The position numbers and the translations under genes were made by a program. Below are positions 32,980 through 44,475 of a stretch of DNA of 49,154 nt, piece after piece. The notes under the pieces are model-generated. The model had not been told where the DNA came from and did not search any database. It saw nothing but the letters and a program-made list of their open reading frames with translations. Source of the stretch: Macrostomum lignano (Eukaryota); NCBI GenBank assembly GCA_002269645.1, contig NIVC01004350.1:1-49154 (forward strand). The letters run 5' to 3'. Within the stretch, counting starts at the first letter, position 1. The number at the start of each line of letters is the position of its first letter.

Positions 32980-33651
32980 ATGGAAGTTACGACAGAAGCA
33001 GCAGTTCCAGCTGAACCTACCGGACCTTCCAACGCTTTTCGTGATGAGAAGAAGCTGAGACGGTCAATCCAGGAGAGAGCAACGACTGCTTTCAAGAGAG
33101 CTGAAAACAGAGGCCCGATTCCATGGAAGCAAATGGAGAGTGACAAGCAAAACAAAACCAGATTTGCACGCGGAAGATTTTATCTTGATTTCAAGTCACC
33201 CCATCATTTAAACAGGGCGGAATGTGTTCAGTTGGCCGAAAAGTTGGAAAATACGGATTTGGTATTTGTCAACTACCAACATTCTGACCTTGTTGCAGGT
33301 GCAGTGCATTCGGCCCAGCCGGCCCCAGAGACGGCCCAGCCGACACCAGCCACGGCCGCTGCAACAATAGCCACGAGTGCTAAAATGAACATCCCGGCAG
33401 ACAAACCTGATGAGTTTGATAACTACGAGCTTGGATCTAGAACCAGCGCTTATCGAGAATTTTTTCACAAATACCAAAGCAGTGCAACAGTGCCAGCGCA
33501 GCCGCAGGGAGCTGCTACTGTACTGACTAACACCAGCGTCGCAGGTGTTAACAGTAATCAAACAGGCATGTCTCATTCAGCTTTAGAGACGAGAGCCAAT
33601 CCGACCACTATCAGTTTATTCGGCCGCTCGGCTGCTTTTCGCTATAGTTAA
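32980..33651 (+). CDS. Orphan ORF, 223 aa; charged N-terminal half, Ala/Pro/Thr-rich C-terminal half
   Basis: ATG-initiated, non-repetitive open frame in coding-like composition; no recognised motif. Confidence 0.4.
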   Translation: MEVTTEAAVPAEPTGPSNAFRDEKKLRRSIQERATTAFKRAENRGPIPWKQMESDKQNKTRFARGRFYLDFKSPHHLNRAECVQLAEKLENTDLVFVNYQHSDLVAGAVHSAQPAPETAQPTPATAAATIATSAKMNIPADKPDEFDNYELGSRTSAYREFFHKYQSSATVPAQPQGAATVLTNTSVAGVNSNQTGMSHSALETRANPTTISLFGRSAAFRYS

Positions 33652-33959
33652 GCATGTATTTATTCGAATTAAGAGCCAAAAAAACTTACTGATTTTATAC
33701 TCAGTAAAGCAATCCTCAGTCTCTTTGCAAGACTGGCCGCTTTGCAGAAAATGCTGTGGCAGAAGATCTGGTTCACTGCTGTGATTTTGCCCACTTTGCA
33801 ATTCAATTCTGTATACTTTGCTGTGGTAATTATTGTCACTTTGCATACATCCAGATCCCCACTCCTGCGTTGTGATGACCTCTACGTGGTGCAGGAGAGA
33901 CAACAACCCTGTTTACAAAAACACGGTTGGCTAACAATCACAGTTAGTATATAGCTAGT

Positions 33960-34083
33960 TAAATCCCAGATCTCCCAGATTTCAGATCTCAGATTTCATA
34001 TATCAGATCTCAGATCCCAGATCTCAGATCCCAGATTTCAGATCTCAGATCCCAGTCTCAGATTTCAGATCCCAGATCCCGGG
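33960..34083. repeat. Short block of the 7-nt (C/T)(C/T)CAGAT satellite
   Basis: Same unit as 34740-36870. Confidence 0.9.
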
Positions 34084-34412
34084 ATTCTAAACTTTTAAAT
34101 ATACAAAATACAACAGTCATTACCTATATTGTGCATATATTCTTAATGTCTTGTTTTCTCATGAAAATACCTGTGTATTAGAACTCCCACGACTCCAACT
34201 CCCTCTTCTCTTCTCTGTCTCCTCTTTCTTTCTACTGACTCCCTCCTCTATCGTGTATCATCTCTCTTCCATCTCCCAATGCACCCCAGCTCTCACTTCT
34301 CTCCCATTTTTCCCTGTTCACCCTATCTGTCACTTCTTCCATTTCTCCCATATTTAGTATATAAAAATACAAATTTCGAAAGGTAATAGAATTTCTGTAA
34401 TCATTTGCAGCA

Positions 34413-34697
34413 ATGGCGAAAAAGAACAAAAAAGGGCCCCAAAAAGGGCCCCCGCAGCCCAGCCTGACCCTCCAGCGGCGGAGGCAGCTCCAGCGGCGGA
34501 GGCAGCTCCGGCGGCAGCTCCAGCGGCGGAGGCAGCTCCGGAGGCAGCTCCAGCGGCGGAGGCAGCTCCAGCGGCGGAGGCAGCTCCGGAGGCAGCTCCG
34601 GCGGCGGCGGAGGCGTTGGCAGCTCAAGCGGCGGAGGCGGCTGCTAGACGGCGGGCGGGCCGCCGCTGGGCACGCGTCCGCAAGAGGGAAACTTTGA
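34413..34697 (+). CDS. Exon-like GC-rich island: Arg-rich 94-aa ORF in the ATG frame, or PAAEAA repeats in an alternative frame
   Basis: TTTGCAG acceptor immediately before; 18-nt GCGGCGGAGGCAGCTCCA repeats; both frames open through the repeat. Confidence 0.35.
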   Translation: MAKKNKKGPQKGPPQPSLTLQRRRQLQRRRQLRRQLQRRRQLRRQLQRRRQLQRRRQLRRQLRRRRRRWQLKRRRRLLDGGRAAAGHASARGKL

Positions 34698-34739
34698 TAC
34701 GTGCATTTGCTGCCTAAATCATTTCTATATATATCTTTG

Positions 34740-36870
34740 CTATCTAGATCTCAGATCTTAGATCTCAGATTCCAGATCCCAGATCTCAGATTCCAGTTTT
34801 CAGGTTCCAGATCCCAGATCTCAGATTCCAGATTTCAGGTTCCAGATCTCAGATTCCAGATCCCAGATCTCAGATTCCAGATCCCAGATCTCAGATTCCA
34901 GATCCCAGATCTCAGATCTTAAATCTCAGATTCCAGATCCCAGATCTCAGATTCCAGATCTCAGATTCCAGATTCCAGATCTCAGATCTTAAATCTCAGA
35001 TCTTAGATCTCAGATCTTAGATCTCAGATCTTAGATCTCAGATTCCAGATCACAGATTCCAGTTTTCAGGTTCCAGATCCCAGATCTCAGATTCCAGATT
35101 TCAGGTTCCAGATCTCAGATTCCGGATCCCAGATCTCAGATTTTAAATCTCAGATTCCAGATCCCTGATCTCAGATTCTAGATCCCAGATCTCAGATCTT
35201 AAATCTCAGATTCTAGATCCCAGATCTCAGATTTTAGATCTCAGATTCCAGATTACAGATTCCAGATCTCACATTCCAGATCCCAGATCTCAGATTCCAG
35301 ATCCCAGATCTCAGATTCCAGTTTTCAGGTTCCAGATCTCAGATTCCAGATCTCAGATCTTAAATCTCAGATTCCAGATCCCAGATCTCAGATTCCAGAT
35401 CCCAGATCTCAGATTCAAGATCCCAGATCTCAGATCTTAAATCTCAGATTCCAGATCCCAGATCTCAGATCTTAAATCTTAAATTTTAGATCCCAGATTT
35501 TAGATCTTAAATCTCAGATTCTAGATCCCAGATCTCAGATCTTAAATCTCAGATTTTAGTTCTCAGATCCTAGATACCATATTCCAGATCTCAGATTCCA
35601 GATTCCAGATCCCAGATTTCAGATCTTTAATCTCAGATCTTAGATCTCAGATTCCAGATCTCAGATTCCAGATCTCAGATTCCAGTTTTCAGGTTCCAGA
35701 TCCCAGATCTCAGATTCCAGATTTCAGGTTCCAGATCTCAGATTCCAGATCCCAGATCTCAGATCTTAAATCTCAGATTCCAGATCCCAGATCTCAGATT
35801 CTAGATCCCAGATCTCAGATCTTAAATCTCTGATTCCAGATTTCTGATCTCAGATACTAGATCCCAGATCTCAGATCTTAAATCTCAGATTCTAGATCCC
35901 AGATCTCAGATCTTAAATCTCAGATTTTAGATCTCAGATCCCAGATTCCAGATCTCAGATTCCAGATCTCAGATTCCAGATTTCAGATCCCAAATCTCAG
36001 ATCTTAAATCTCAGATCTTAGATCTCAGATTCCAGTTTTCAGGTTCCAGATCCCAGATCTCAGATTCCAGTTTTCAGGTTCCAGATCCCAGATCTGATTC
36101 CAGATTTCAGGTTCCAGATCTCAGATTCCAGATCCCAGATCTCAGATCTTAAATCTCAGATTCCAGATCCCAGATCTCAGATTCTAGATCCCAGATCTCA
36201 GATCTTAAATCTCTGATTCCAGATTTCTGATCTCAGATACTAGATCCCAGATCTCAGATCTTAAATCTCAGATTCTAGATCCCAGATCTCAGATCTTAAA
36301 TCTCAGATTTTAGATCTCAGATCCCAGATTCCAGATCTCAGATTCCAGATCTCAGATTCCAGATTTCAGATCCCAAATCTCAGATCTTAAATCTCAGATC
36401 TTAGATCTCAGATTCCAGTTTTCAGGTTCCAGATCCCAGATCTCAGATTCCAGTTTTCAGGTTCCAGATCCCAGATCTGATTCCAGATTTCAGGTTCCAG
36501 ATCTCAGATTCCAGATCCCAGATCTCAGATCTTAAATCTCAGATTCCAGACCCCTGATCTCAGATTCTAGATCCCAGATCTCAGATCCTAAATCTCAGAT
36601 TCTAGATCCCAGATCTCAGATCTTAAATCTCAGATTTTAGATCTCAGATCTCAGATTCCAGATCTCAGATTCCAGATCCCAGATCTCAGATCTTAAATCT
36701 CAGATCTTAGATCTCAGATTCCAGATCCCAGATCTCAGATTCCAGTTTTCAGGTTGCAGATCCCAGATCCCAGATTCCAGATCTCAGATTCCAGATCCAA
36801 GATCTCAGATCTCAGATTCCAGATTTCAGGTTCCAGATCTAACATTCTAGATCTCAGATCTCAGACACAG
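34740..36870. repeat. 7-nt satellite (TCCAGAT/CTCAGAT/CCCAGAT/CTTAAAT), about 300 units, with a higher-order duplication
   Basis: Direct inspection; the diagnostic variant CTCTGATTCCAGATTTCTGA recurs at 35828 and 36211 (383 bp apart). Confidence 0.95.
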
Positions 36871-37904
36871 TCTCAAGTTAGAATAAGCTTTACTGAGCTT
36901 TCAGATTGATGGTCAGGCACTAGGACATTACATTACACAGAATTAAATTCAGCAAGCTTATTTGTGTAAATATTAATTTATTTCCAGATGCAAACCGTCG
37001 CCCGCCTGCAGCTGCTCCAAGCCCAGCTGCTGGGCCAGCTGGCTGGGTAAGATATTCTTCAAGTATTGAATGCTAAATTGTATACTCCTAAATATGCAGT
37101 CTAATTTCTTTTTATTTACGATTTAAATCGTAACTAGATCGGCTTCGTCTCGGCCCATCAACACAGTCCTCAGTCTTGTATGTGGTCCAGATAAATCAGT
37201 CCATGGGGTGATACCTTATACATATGCAGGCTAGCAAAAGAAGGCTATAGGGCTGCAGGGATCAAAAGTGAAGCTGCTGGCAGATCGTAGGAGATTTCAG
37301 ATTTTCAGGTGTAAAATCCCTCCCCCTCTATGCTTAAGACCTCATTAATTCTCAGCACTGTCAAACACCTTTTAGAGGCCCAGCAGTTCCTTCAGTGGCT
37401 GCACTGGCTGGTCCCTCAGGTCCTTCAGTGGGTGCCCCCTCAGATCCTTCAGTGGATGCCCCTTTAGAACCCAAAATCTAAAATCGAAAATCGACACATT
37501 TCGTAGCTGTCTACTTGGTCAGAGAAGGCATCCCCGAATCTCCAGATTTCCTGATTCTCACATCCTTTTCCCTGAATGTCATATCTTCCTATCTGATTTC
37601 CTCATGTTCATCTCAGAATAGCCTCATACACAACACAACTATAGTTTATGTATAACGTCTCTGTGCATCAAAAACTGAGCAGTTTAGAGTTAATAAGCAA
37701 TTTACTATAAATGAAATAAACAACAGTTCTCAGAGTAAAACTTACACTTGTTCTCTGGTTCTAATGTTCTCGCTATCAGAGACCTTATTCACGTCCCATC
37801 CCCGCCCCACCCGAAATATCTTGATAGAACAAATTGCGCGCCTCTCAAAAAAACTTAGATTGCGACTTTTGAACTTTACAGAAATACTGGCTTCGGCTTA
37901 AGGG

Positions 37905-37970
37905 CCGAAGGGCGAGGCGGAGGGCGAGGCGGAGGGCGAGGCGGGGGGCGAGGGCGAGGCCGAGGCGGCC
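37905..37970. repeat. Short GC-rich (GGCGAGGCGGAG)-type repeat
   Basis: Direct inspection. Confidence 0.8.
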
Positions 37971-40732
37971 AGCCTGTCCATCATTGGTAAGTTGCCATAG
38001 GACACCATTTGTTTTTCAACACACAAAATTTAATTTTTTGGACACATACATGTACAGTCCAGACACCTGTACAGACACACAGAGAGACAGAAAAACATCG
38101 AGAAGGACAGATAAACGGGCAGACAGACAGGTGATAAATGTGAGGGAAAATCAACGAGAGAAGAATCCGAGGGACGTGAGAGAGGCAGAGGCCAGAGTTT
38201 GCCAATACATGTTCTTGAGTCAGACAGACATTTCCTGACATTCTGCGCAGCACCCCAGCCATTTTAACTATTGACAAGTTTTTGTTGGAATATGACTTCA
38301 GATTTTGGAAAACATGCAAAAGTAGTTTGGGGGATTGGAATTCCACGGTTTCAATATACGCGGTTTTCAGTAGCTTGTGCTAAGCGGGTCTATGAACTCT
38401 GCCGAAATCTGCTAGCGAGAATCCAAACAAAACCGGCAAGCAGCAATTTGGCTAGCCGAACTCAGGAAGTTTTAATTCGGTAGAGACAATTTGCTTAGTC
38501 AAGTTTCGCAAGAATTTCACTAAATCCTCTATAGCGTCGCTCCACTTTTACCAATCCTCTTCAAATTGGACACAATCCAATTTTCAACTATTTTGACACA
38601 ATCGTATAAAGTTTCGAGTCTCGAAGTTAATTCTGAACGGCACTGTGTACTTTTAAAGTTAGTCTGCTTTCCGTCAGCGAGACAGCCACCCCAACCTCCG
38701 TCTCTCTCCTTCCTGGCCACTAGAGAGATGTGTGAAAGGGGTTTAAAATTGACTAACTTTCAGCTGACACAAGTTTGCTCCACGTATACAGCGATTGACT
38801 TTAAACTTTATACAATTCTTCATTGACTCATTCTCTGTCTAAATATAAAGTCTCAACTTTGTACTTCAGTTAGAAAAGAAACTGTAGGCATGTGAAGTTT
38901 GTCTGCTTTTTGTTGTTTGTGCTACTGCACTCACTCATTCCCCCAGACAAGGATCAGGTGATAGGGATAACTGTGAGGGAAAGTTGAAATAATTTTTTAT
39001 AGCCTTCTCTGGTAACGTTAAGCCATGACAGTACAGTAAGGAATTCAACTACTGTCCTACTACGAGCTATCTGATTGCGACTTGAGAGTATTCTGTCCCC
39101 CCACAATGACAAACTGACCTTCCAAGCACTTGAACTGATGAGCCAGCAGATTTGTCTGTCTTGTGTGTCTGACCATACGCTCGTATATATTCTATATGTA
39201 CTAATATACATTATAAATTCTAATTCTAAATTCTAGTATATTATATATAGTCAAATAGTTTTCCCATAAAAGTTTGAACTCTGGCTTGCAAGCAGCCTAC
39301 TAGGAGTTATCGTACATTGAGAGAGGGCCACCGTTCTACACCCACCCCAAAACTGAGCACGCGGGCCAATGAGAATTCTCCCACGGTGAGTTAGGCAAGC
39401 CAACCCCTCCCTTTGATTAATGAGCCTCTCGCTTTTTGATTCAACGACGGCCACCACCCACGGTGTAAGTTAATTTGTGGCTTTATTCACCAGTATCAAG
39501 GAGCTTATATAAAGAGCTGGAAAGAAAAGGCTATCCTTGTCTCATTTTAAGCATAGGCCTGCATAGAGTATAAATATTTGAGCGCAAGCCTAACGGCTAT
39601 ACTTGGTTATTTTTAATTTGTCTTTAAATACAGGTAAGTTCAAGGAATCGAATAATTTTAAAGCGAAAATGCCACTGTTTGAATAATTCTTAGTAAAATT
39701 CAGTTTTGCTGCAAGCGCACGATATCAAGTTTTTTCAATGGAATATATTAGATTAATCTTTTAACGAGCGTCATAAGACTTGGCGCCACGTTTTTTTGAT
39801 TGTGATTTTTGCTTGCACAAATTGTAGATGGCATTTTGAACTTTAAAATTGTTCGACTTCCTAGAGTCTTACTTTGATAATACGCTTCATAATAACCAAT
39901 ATTTGCTTAGTTATAAGCATATATAGTGAGTTTTAAGCTATGCGCATTTAGTTATAACAGACTTAGACATTTATTATAGGTGGATATTTACAGTTCATAA
40001 TAAGCTATATAAATATATTTAGTAATAAGCTATATATAGTTATTTCTGTCATATCTGTTATCTATCCTAGTGTCTATCTTAGTGTCTGTCCCAATGTCTT
40101 TCTTAGTGTCTGTCTTACTCCACTTCTCTCCCGTTGTCTCTCCTCTGCTCTCTCTCCCGTCTTCTTTCCTCTCTTAGTACTCTCATGGCTGTTCTCATGC
40201 TTTGATCATGTCTTCTTTCTTGCCAATTTGCAGTCCTGAAAGGAATTTGTGTATTTTCATCTCCACTGCAGTCTGCAGCAGTTTAACAACAAAGGAAATA
40301 CGCATTTCTTAGGAGGAAATTTAAAATTCAAAGTACTTTTAAGAGAAACCTAAAATTTCCATGGTGTGACTAATTTAGTAGGGTTGTATTGCATTGCATC
40401 GCCTTTTCATAAATCTTTCGCTTTTACAAACCATGCTGGATTCCCACCGTTTCTAGTGCTCCCAAAGCACACAAATTTTTCCTATACACAAGCAATATAC
40501 TGAACACAGACCTTTAAATCCAGGAGGTTCACCCTGAGTATCTGAGTGACCTGCGAGACAACTAGGAAGAGTAGGCTACTAAAATTAGTATGAGGAGGAC
40601 ATGTGCACTATGGTTTCTAGACATACACTAGCATATATGTTTTAAGTGACGCAATTCATCATTATGGTTTCAAGATGGCGCGAAAAATGGTTTTTTTCAC
40701 TCAACTCTGGTTTCTTTTCCAGATGTATCTAG

Positions 40733-40769
<37 letters not shown>

Positions 40770-40918
40770 ACCACCGCCGCCGCTGCCTCAGCGCCGCATT
40801 CGGCGCCGGATCCGGCGCCTACGAAGCAGCGGCCTACGGCTTTAGCCTTTGCCTTAGCCTTAGCCTTTAGCTTAGCCTTTAGCTTTAGCCTTAGCTTCGA
40901 ACTTTAACTGAGCTGGGC

Positions 40919-41303
40919 GGGCTGGGTTATCTGATTGTGGGGAAAGTTTTCGGAATTTTTTAACATTTTTAAATGGACAGACATTTTTAGACAGACAGAC
41001 AGGCCGAGAGACAGACAGACATACAGAATGACAGACAGACAGACAGACATACATACAGAATGACAGACAGACCGATACAGACAGACATACAGAAGGACAG
41101 ACAGACTGACAGGCAGGCGAACCGATACAGACATACATACAGACACACAGAAGGACAGACAGACAGACAATTCCGAGAACTTTCCCTACAATCAGATATG
41201 AACCCTCGGGCGAAATGGTTTGCTGTGTATTATCTGTGTATTCTCTGTAGATTATGTATTGTATTTAAATAAAAATGGTTCGCCCCGAGGGTTCTTACCC
41301 AGC
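40919..41303. mobile_element. MITE-like multi-hairpin element with a central (CAGA)n tract
   Basis: Inverted repeat 40928-40957 / 41169-41198 (28/30); second IR 41200-41214 / 41279-41294; outer GGGCTGGGT / ACCCAGCCC. No TSD established. Confidence 0.55.
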
Positions 41304-41707
41304 CCCCTTTTTGGATTAAAAATCTTTGCCTTCAATTTCTTCCTTATTTATTGATCATACCATAGTATAAGCTTGGCAAGTTGTAATCAGTAAAAAAGCA
41401 TTGCACACTGTTACGATTTACATTTAAAAAAATATTACTTAGGACTGCTGTTCAATGCAACCAATTAAGTTCAATTCCAGCACCCCAGCAGCCTTGGTTT
41501 GGCCACTCGGCTACGTTCTGATACTTGGCGGCACTGCATCCTACCATCCTACGAGTTATTGCATCCTACTACAACAGATAAGTACATTCCATCCACAATT
41601 GACTCGTTCGTCTTAAGCAAATACCCTCCAGAATCCACCCTGGGTCTTCAGCAATATGTAACGAAGACAAAACTAACCAGTTAAAAACATTTTGCACTCT
41701 CATTCAG

Positions 41708-41870
41708 ATTCTGCCCGATCGCTACGAGGGCTTCGAGCGCGCTCTGCCGTTGCCGGAGCTCTGGGCTGCCGGCTTTTTAATCTAGCCGGACCTGGGGCCC
41801 AGGATATTCAACGCCTATGGCCTGGCCGCTGCGATGCCATAGGGGCACCACAAATCTGCACCTGGATACC
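41708..41870 (+). pseudogene. KDM3: Degraded fragment of a KDM3/JMJD1-family JmjC histone demethylase domain
   Basis: After a CATTCAG acceptor: ILPDRYEGFERALPLPE, FNLA, PDLGPRIFNAYG, GTTNLHLD, collinear with KDM3 MPSRFDDLM..PLPEY...LNLAS...PDLGPKMYNAYG...GTTNLHLD. Carries frameshifts, stops and a short deletion. Confidence 0.85.
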
Positions 41871-42461
41871 TGGATACTTTTGTCACCATAGCAAGACGAG
41901 TTGAAAGTGAGAAGCATATGAATGCTTATTTTAAACCAGTTTAATTATTGGTTTAGTAACTTTAGTTCAGTGAAAACGGAATTAACTGACTAACATTGAC
42001 AATTTTAATATCTTCGCTATAGCTACCATAAAGCTCTCTAGTCATGCTACGCTATAAATTTACACTGAATGTTGACTGTTTACATACGTTACCAATTAAT
42101 GAGCAATTAACTGATATCCACAGTCACTTATTACTCTGTATCCATGACAATACCTGTAAACTATTTTTTACTACTTAAATCCATCACAATAGTAATCAAT
42201 ATTTTATTGCCTAATAAGTGAGATATCTTTTAATTCCATAATGTCAAATCCTATTTTACAATTCAATACATATCAGTTTTCAAATATCAATTCTCTACTT
42301 TTATTCGATTTATTTTATACTGTACTTCGATTTATTTATATTGATGCACTGCTTTATTACTCGCACACCATTATATACAAACTGTAACCAATACTGTAAA
42401 AATATTTGAAATATAATAATACATAGTGGCGTAAGAGCCGGCCAAGCTGAAGCGCCGGGCA

Positions 42462-42522
42462 TCCTATATATCCTAAAAATGAGTTGTCTGTATCTTATAT
42501 AATAAAAATGAGTTGCCTGTCG
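42462..42522 (+). mobile_element. Duplicated Helitron-type 5' terminal motif
   Basis: A|TCCTATATATCCTAAAAATGAGTTG at 42462 and A|TCTTATATAATAAAAATGAGTTG at 42493, similar to 16708; no matching 3' hairpin-CTAG found. Confidence 0.5.
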
Positions 42523-42562
42523 GTATTCTTTTCTAAGGCCCAAATACCAGTGCTTACTTTTA

Positions 42563-43497
42563 GTGCTAAAATAAGTGCCTGCGGTGCTAAAATGAGTGCC
42601 TGCGGTGCTAAAATGAGTGCCTGCGGCGCTAAAATGAGCTTGCCTGCGGTGCTAAAATGAGTGACTGCGGCGCTAAAATGAGTGACTGCGGTGCTAAAAT
42701 GAGTGCCTGCGGTGCTAAAATGAGTGACTGCGGCGCTAAAATGAGTGCCTGCGGTGCTAAAATGAGTGCCTGTGGTGCTAAAATGAGTGCCTGCGGTGCT
42801 AAAATGAGTGCCTGTGGTGCTAAAATGAGTGCCTGCGGTGCTAAAATGAGTGCCTGTGGTGCTAAAAGGAGTGCCTGTGGTGCTAAAATGAGTGCCTGCG
42901 GTGCTAAAATGAGTGCCTGCGGTGCTAAAATGAGTGCCTGCGGTGCTAAAATGAGTGCCTGTGGTGCTAAAAGGAGTGCCTGTGGTGCTAAAATGAGTGC
43001 CTGCGGTGCTAAAATGAGTGCCTGCGGTGCTAAAATGAGTGCCTGCGGTGCTAAAATGAGTGACTGCGGCGCTAAAATGAGTGCCTGCGGTGCTAAAATG
43101 AGTGCCTGTGGTGCTAAAATGAGTGCCTGCGGTGCTAAAATGAGTGCCTGCGGTGCTAAAATGAGTGCCTGTGGTGCTAAAAGGAGTGCCTGTGGTGCTA
43201 AAATGAGTGACTGCGGCGCTAAAATGAGTGCCTGCGGTGCTAAAATGAGTGCCTGTGGTGCTAAAATGAGTGCCTGCGGTGCTAAAATGAGTGCCTGCGG
43301 TGCTAAAATGAGTGCCTGCGGTGCTAAAATGAGTGCCTGTGGTGCTAAAATGAGTGCCTGCGGTGCTAAAATGAGTGCCTGCGGTGCTAAAATGAGTGCC
43401 TGCGGTGCTAAAATGAGTGCCTGCGGCGCTAAAATGAGTGCCTGCGGTGCTAAAATGAGTGACTGCGGCGCTAAAATGAGTGCCTGTGGCGCTAAAA
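42563..43497. repeat. 21-nt satellite (GGTGCTAAAATGAGTGCCTGC), about 44 copies
   Basis: Direct inspection; gives the 7-aa-periodic MSACGAK / APQALIL ORFs. Confidence 0.97.
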
Positions 43498-44160
43498 CTG
43501 ATTTTGTTGCATTCGGGAATACAACAAATGGCATACTGAAAACATTAAAAAACCTTGCTGCAGTCACTTACATGTACTTACCTAACGATGGCTGTAGTAA
43601 CTGTATACCACCTGACTGGGACAGAACTTCAGAACATACCGGATTGGGGAATTAGAGATATGCGCAGTCTAGATGTATCTACAATTTGTAAAACCTTGCT
43701 ACGTACTTGTACTTCAGGAATACTAACGTACTCATTCCTTGCCGCCGTTATTTAGACTAGCATGCCTTTGCAATAAACAACACAGTCTAGACGGACTGCA
43801 GAAAGTGCATAAATACTTAAATTGGTTTTCCGTTAAACTTGTTGCTTTCGAGTTTATCGAGTTTATTCGAGTTCAAAATGGTTTTCGAGGTTGTGAAATT
43901 TCGAGTTTATGAAAATAACTGGTTTCGATGTGAAATTTCGAGCTTGTGAAAGTGTAGTGACCTTCGCGAAAGTTCGATGCATTTGAATTATTTAATTTCT
44001 AGAAATTTCCCCGTAGAGTACAAATTAAATTCTCGAAATTTCTCTCACAGTAACTAATTTCAATACTCGCATTTATAATTATTCAATGTATAATTTATTA
44101 CAGTAAAGCAGTACTACAATCGATACAAATCTAATAGGAATCAACAATTAATATTTGTTT

Positions 44161-44475
44161 TGTTATAATGCTTAAAGTTTTCTAGAAGTTTCCGGCGATG
44201 CTCCTGATGGCTATAAATATACGGTGCCCACAGCGGATAATCTTTACTTCTTCCTTACTTCTTACTCCGCTGTCTTTTAAACAAATATAATACGAACCAC
44301 CGCCTAGCTCTTTCCTTTTCTTTTATTTACTTTAAACACTTACAAAAGCAACCCACGATACATTGATCTGTGAATACAATCAATACATTAAATAAAAGCA
44401 GTCAGATTCAGAGATCCTGTAATTGTTTTAGAGGATGATTTCCGTGAAAATACACTGGAGAATATATCATTAACA
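44161..44475 (+). repeat. Possible small solo-LTR-like element
   Basis: TGTTATAATG...CATTAACA ends, TATAAATA (~44214) and AATAAA (~44392); no TSD matched. Confidence 0.3.

Noticed and set aside
15876-39145. CTGATGA hammerhead-ribozyme cores (~15878, 26017, 33407, 39135)
   Set aside because: None is followed by a closing stem II and GAAA at the right spacing by eye; an Infernal search would be decisive.
42629-43655. 312-aa and 332-aa ORFs (APQALIL / MSACGAK)
   Set aside because: Pure 21-nt satellite; open frames follow from unit length and composition.
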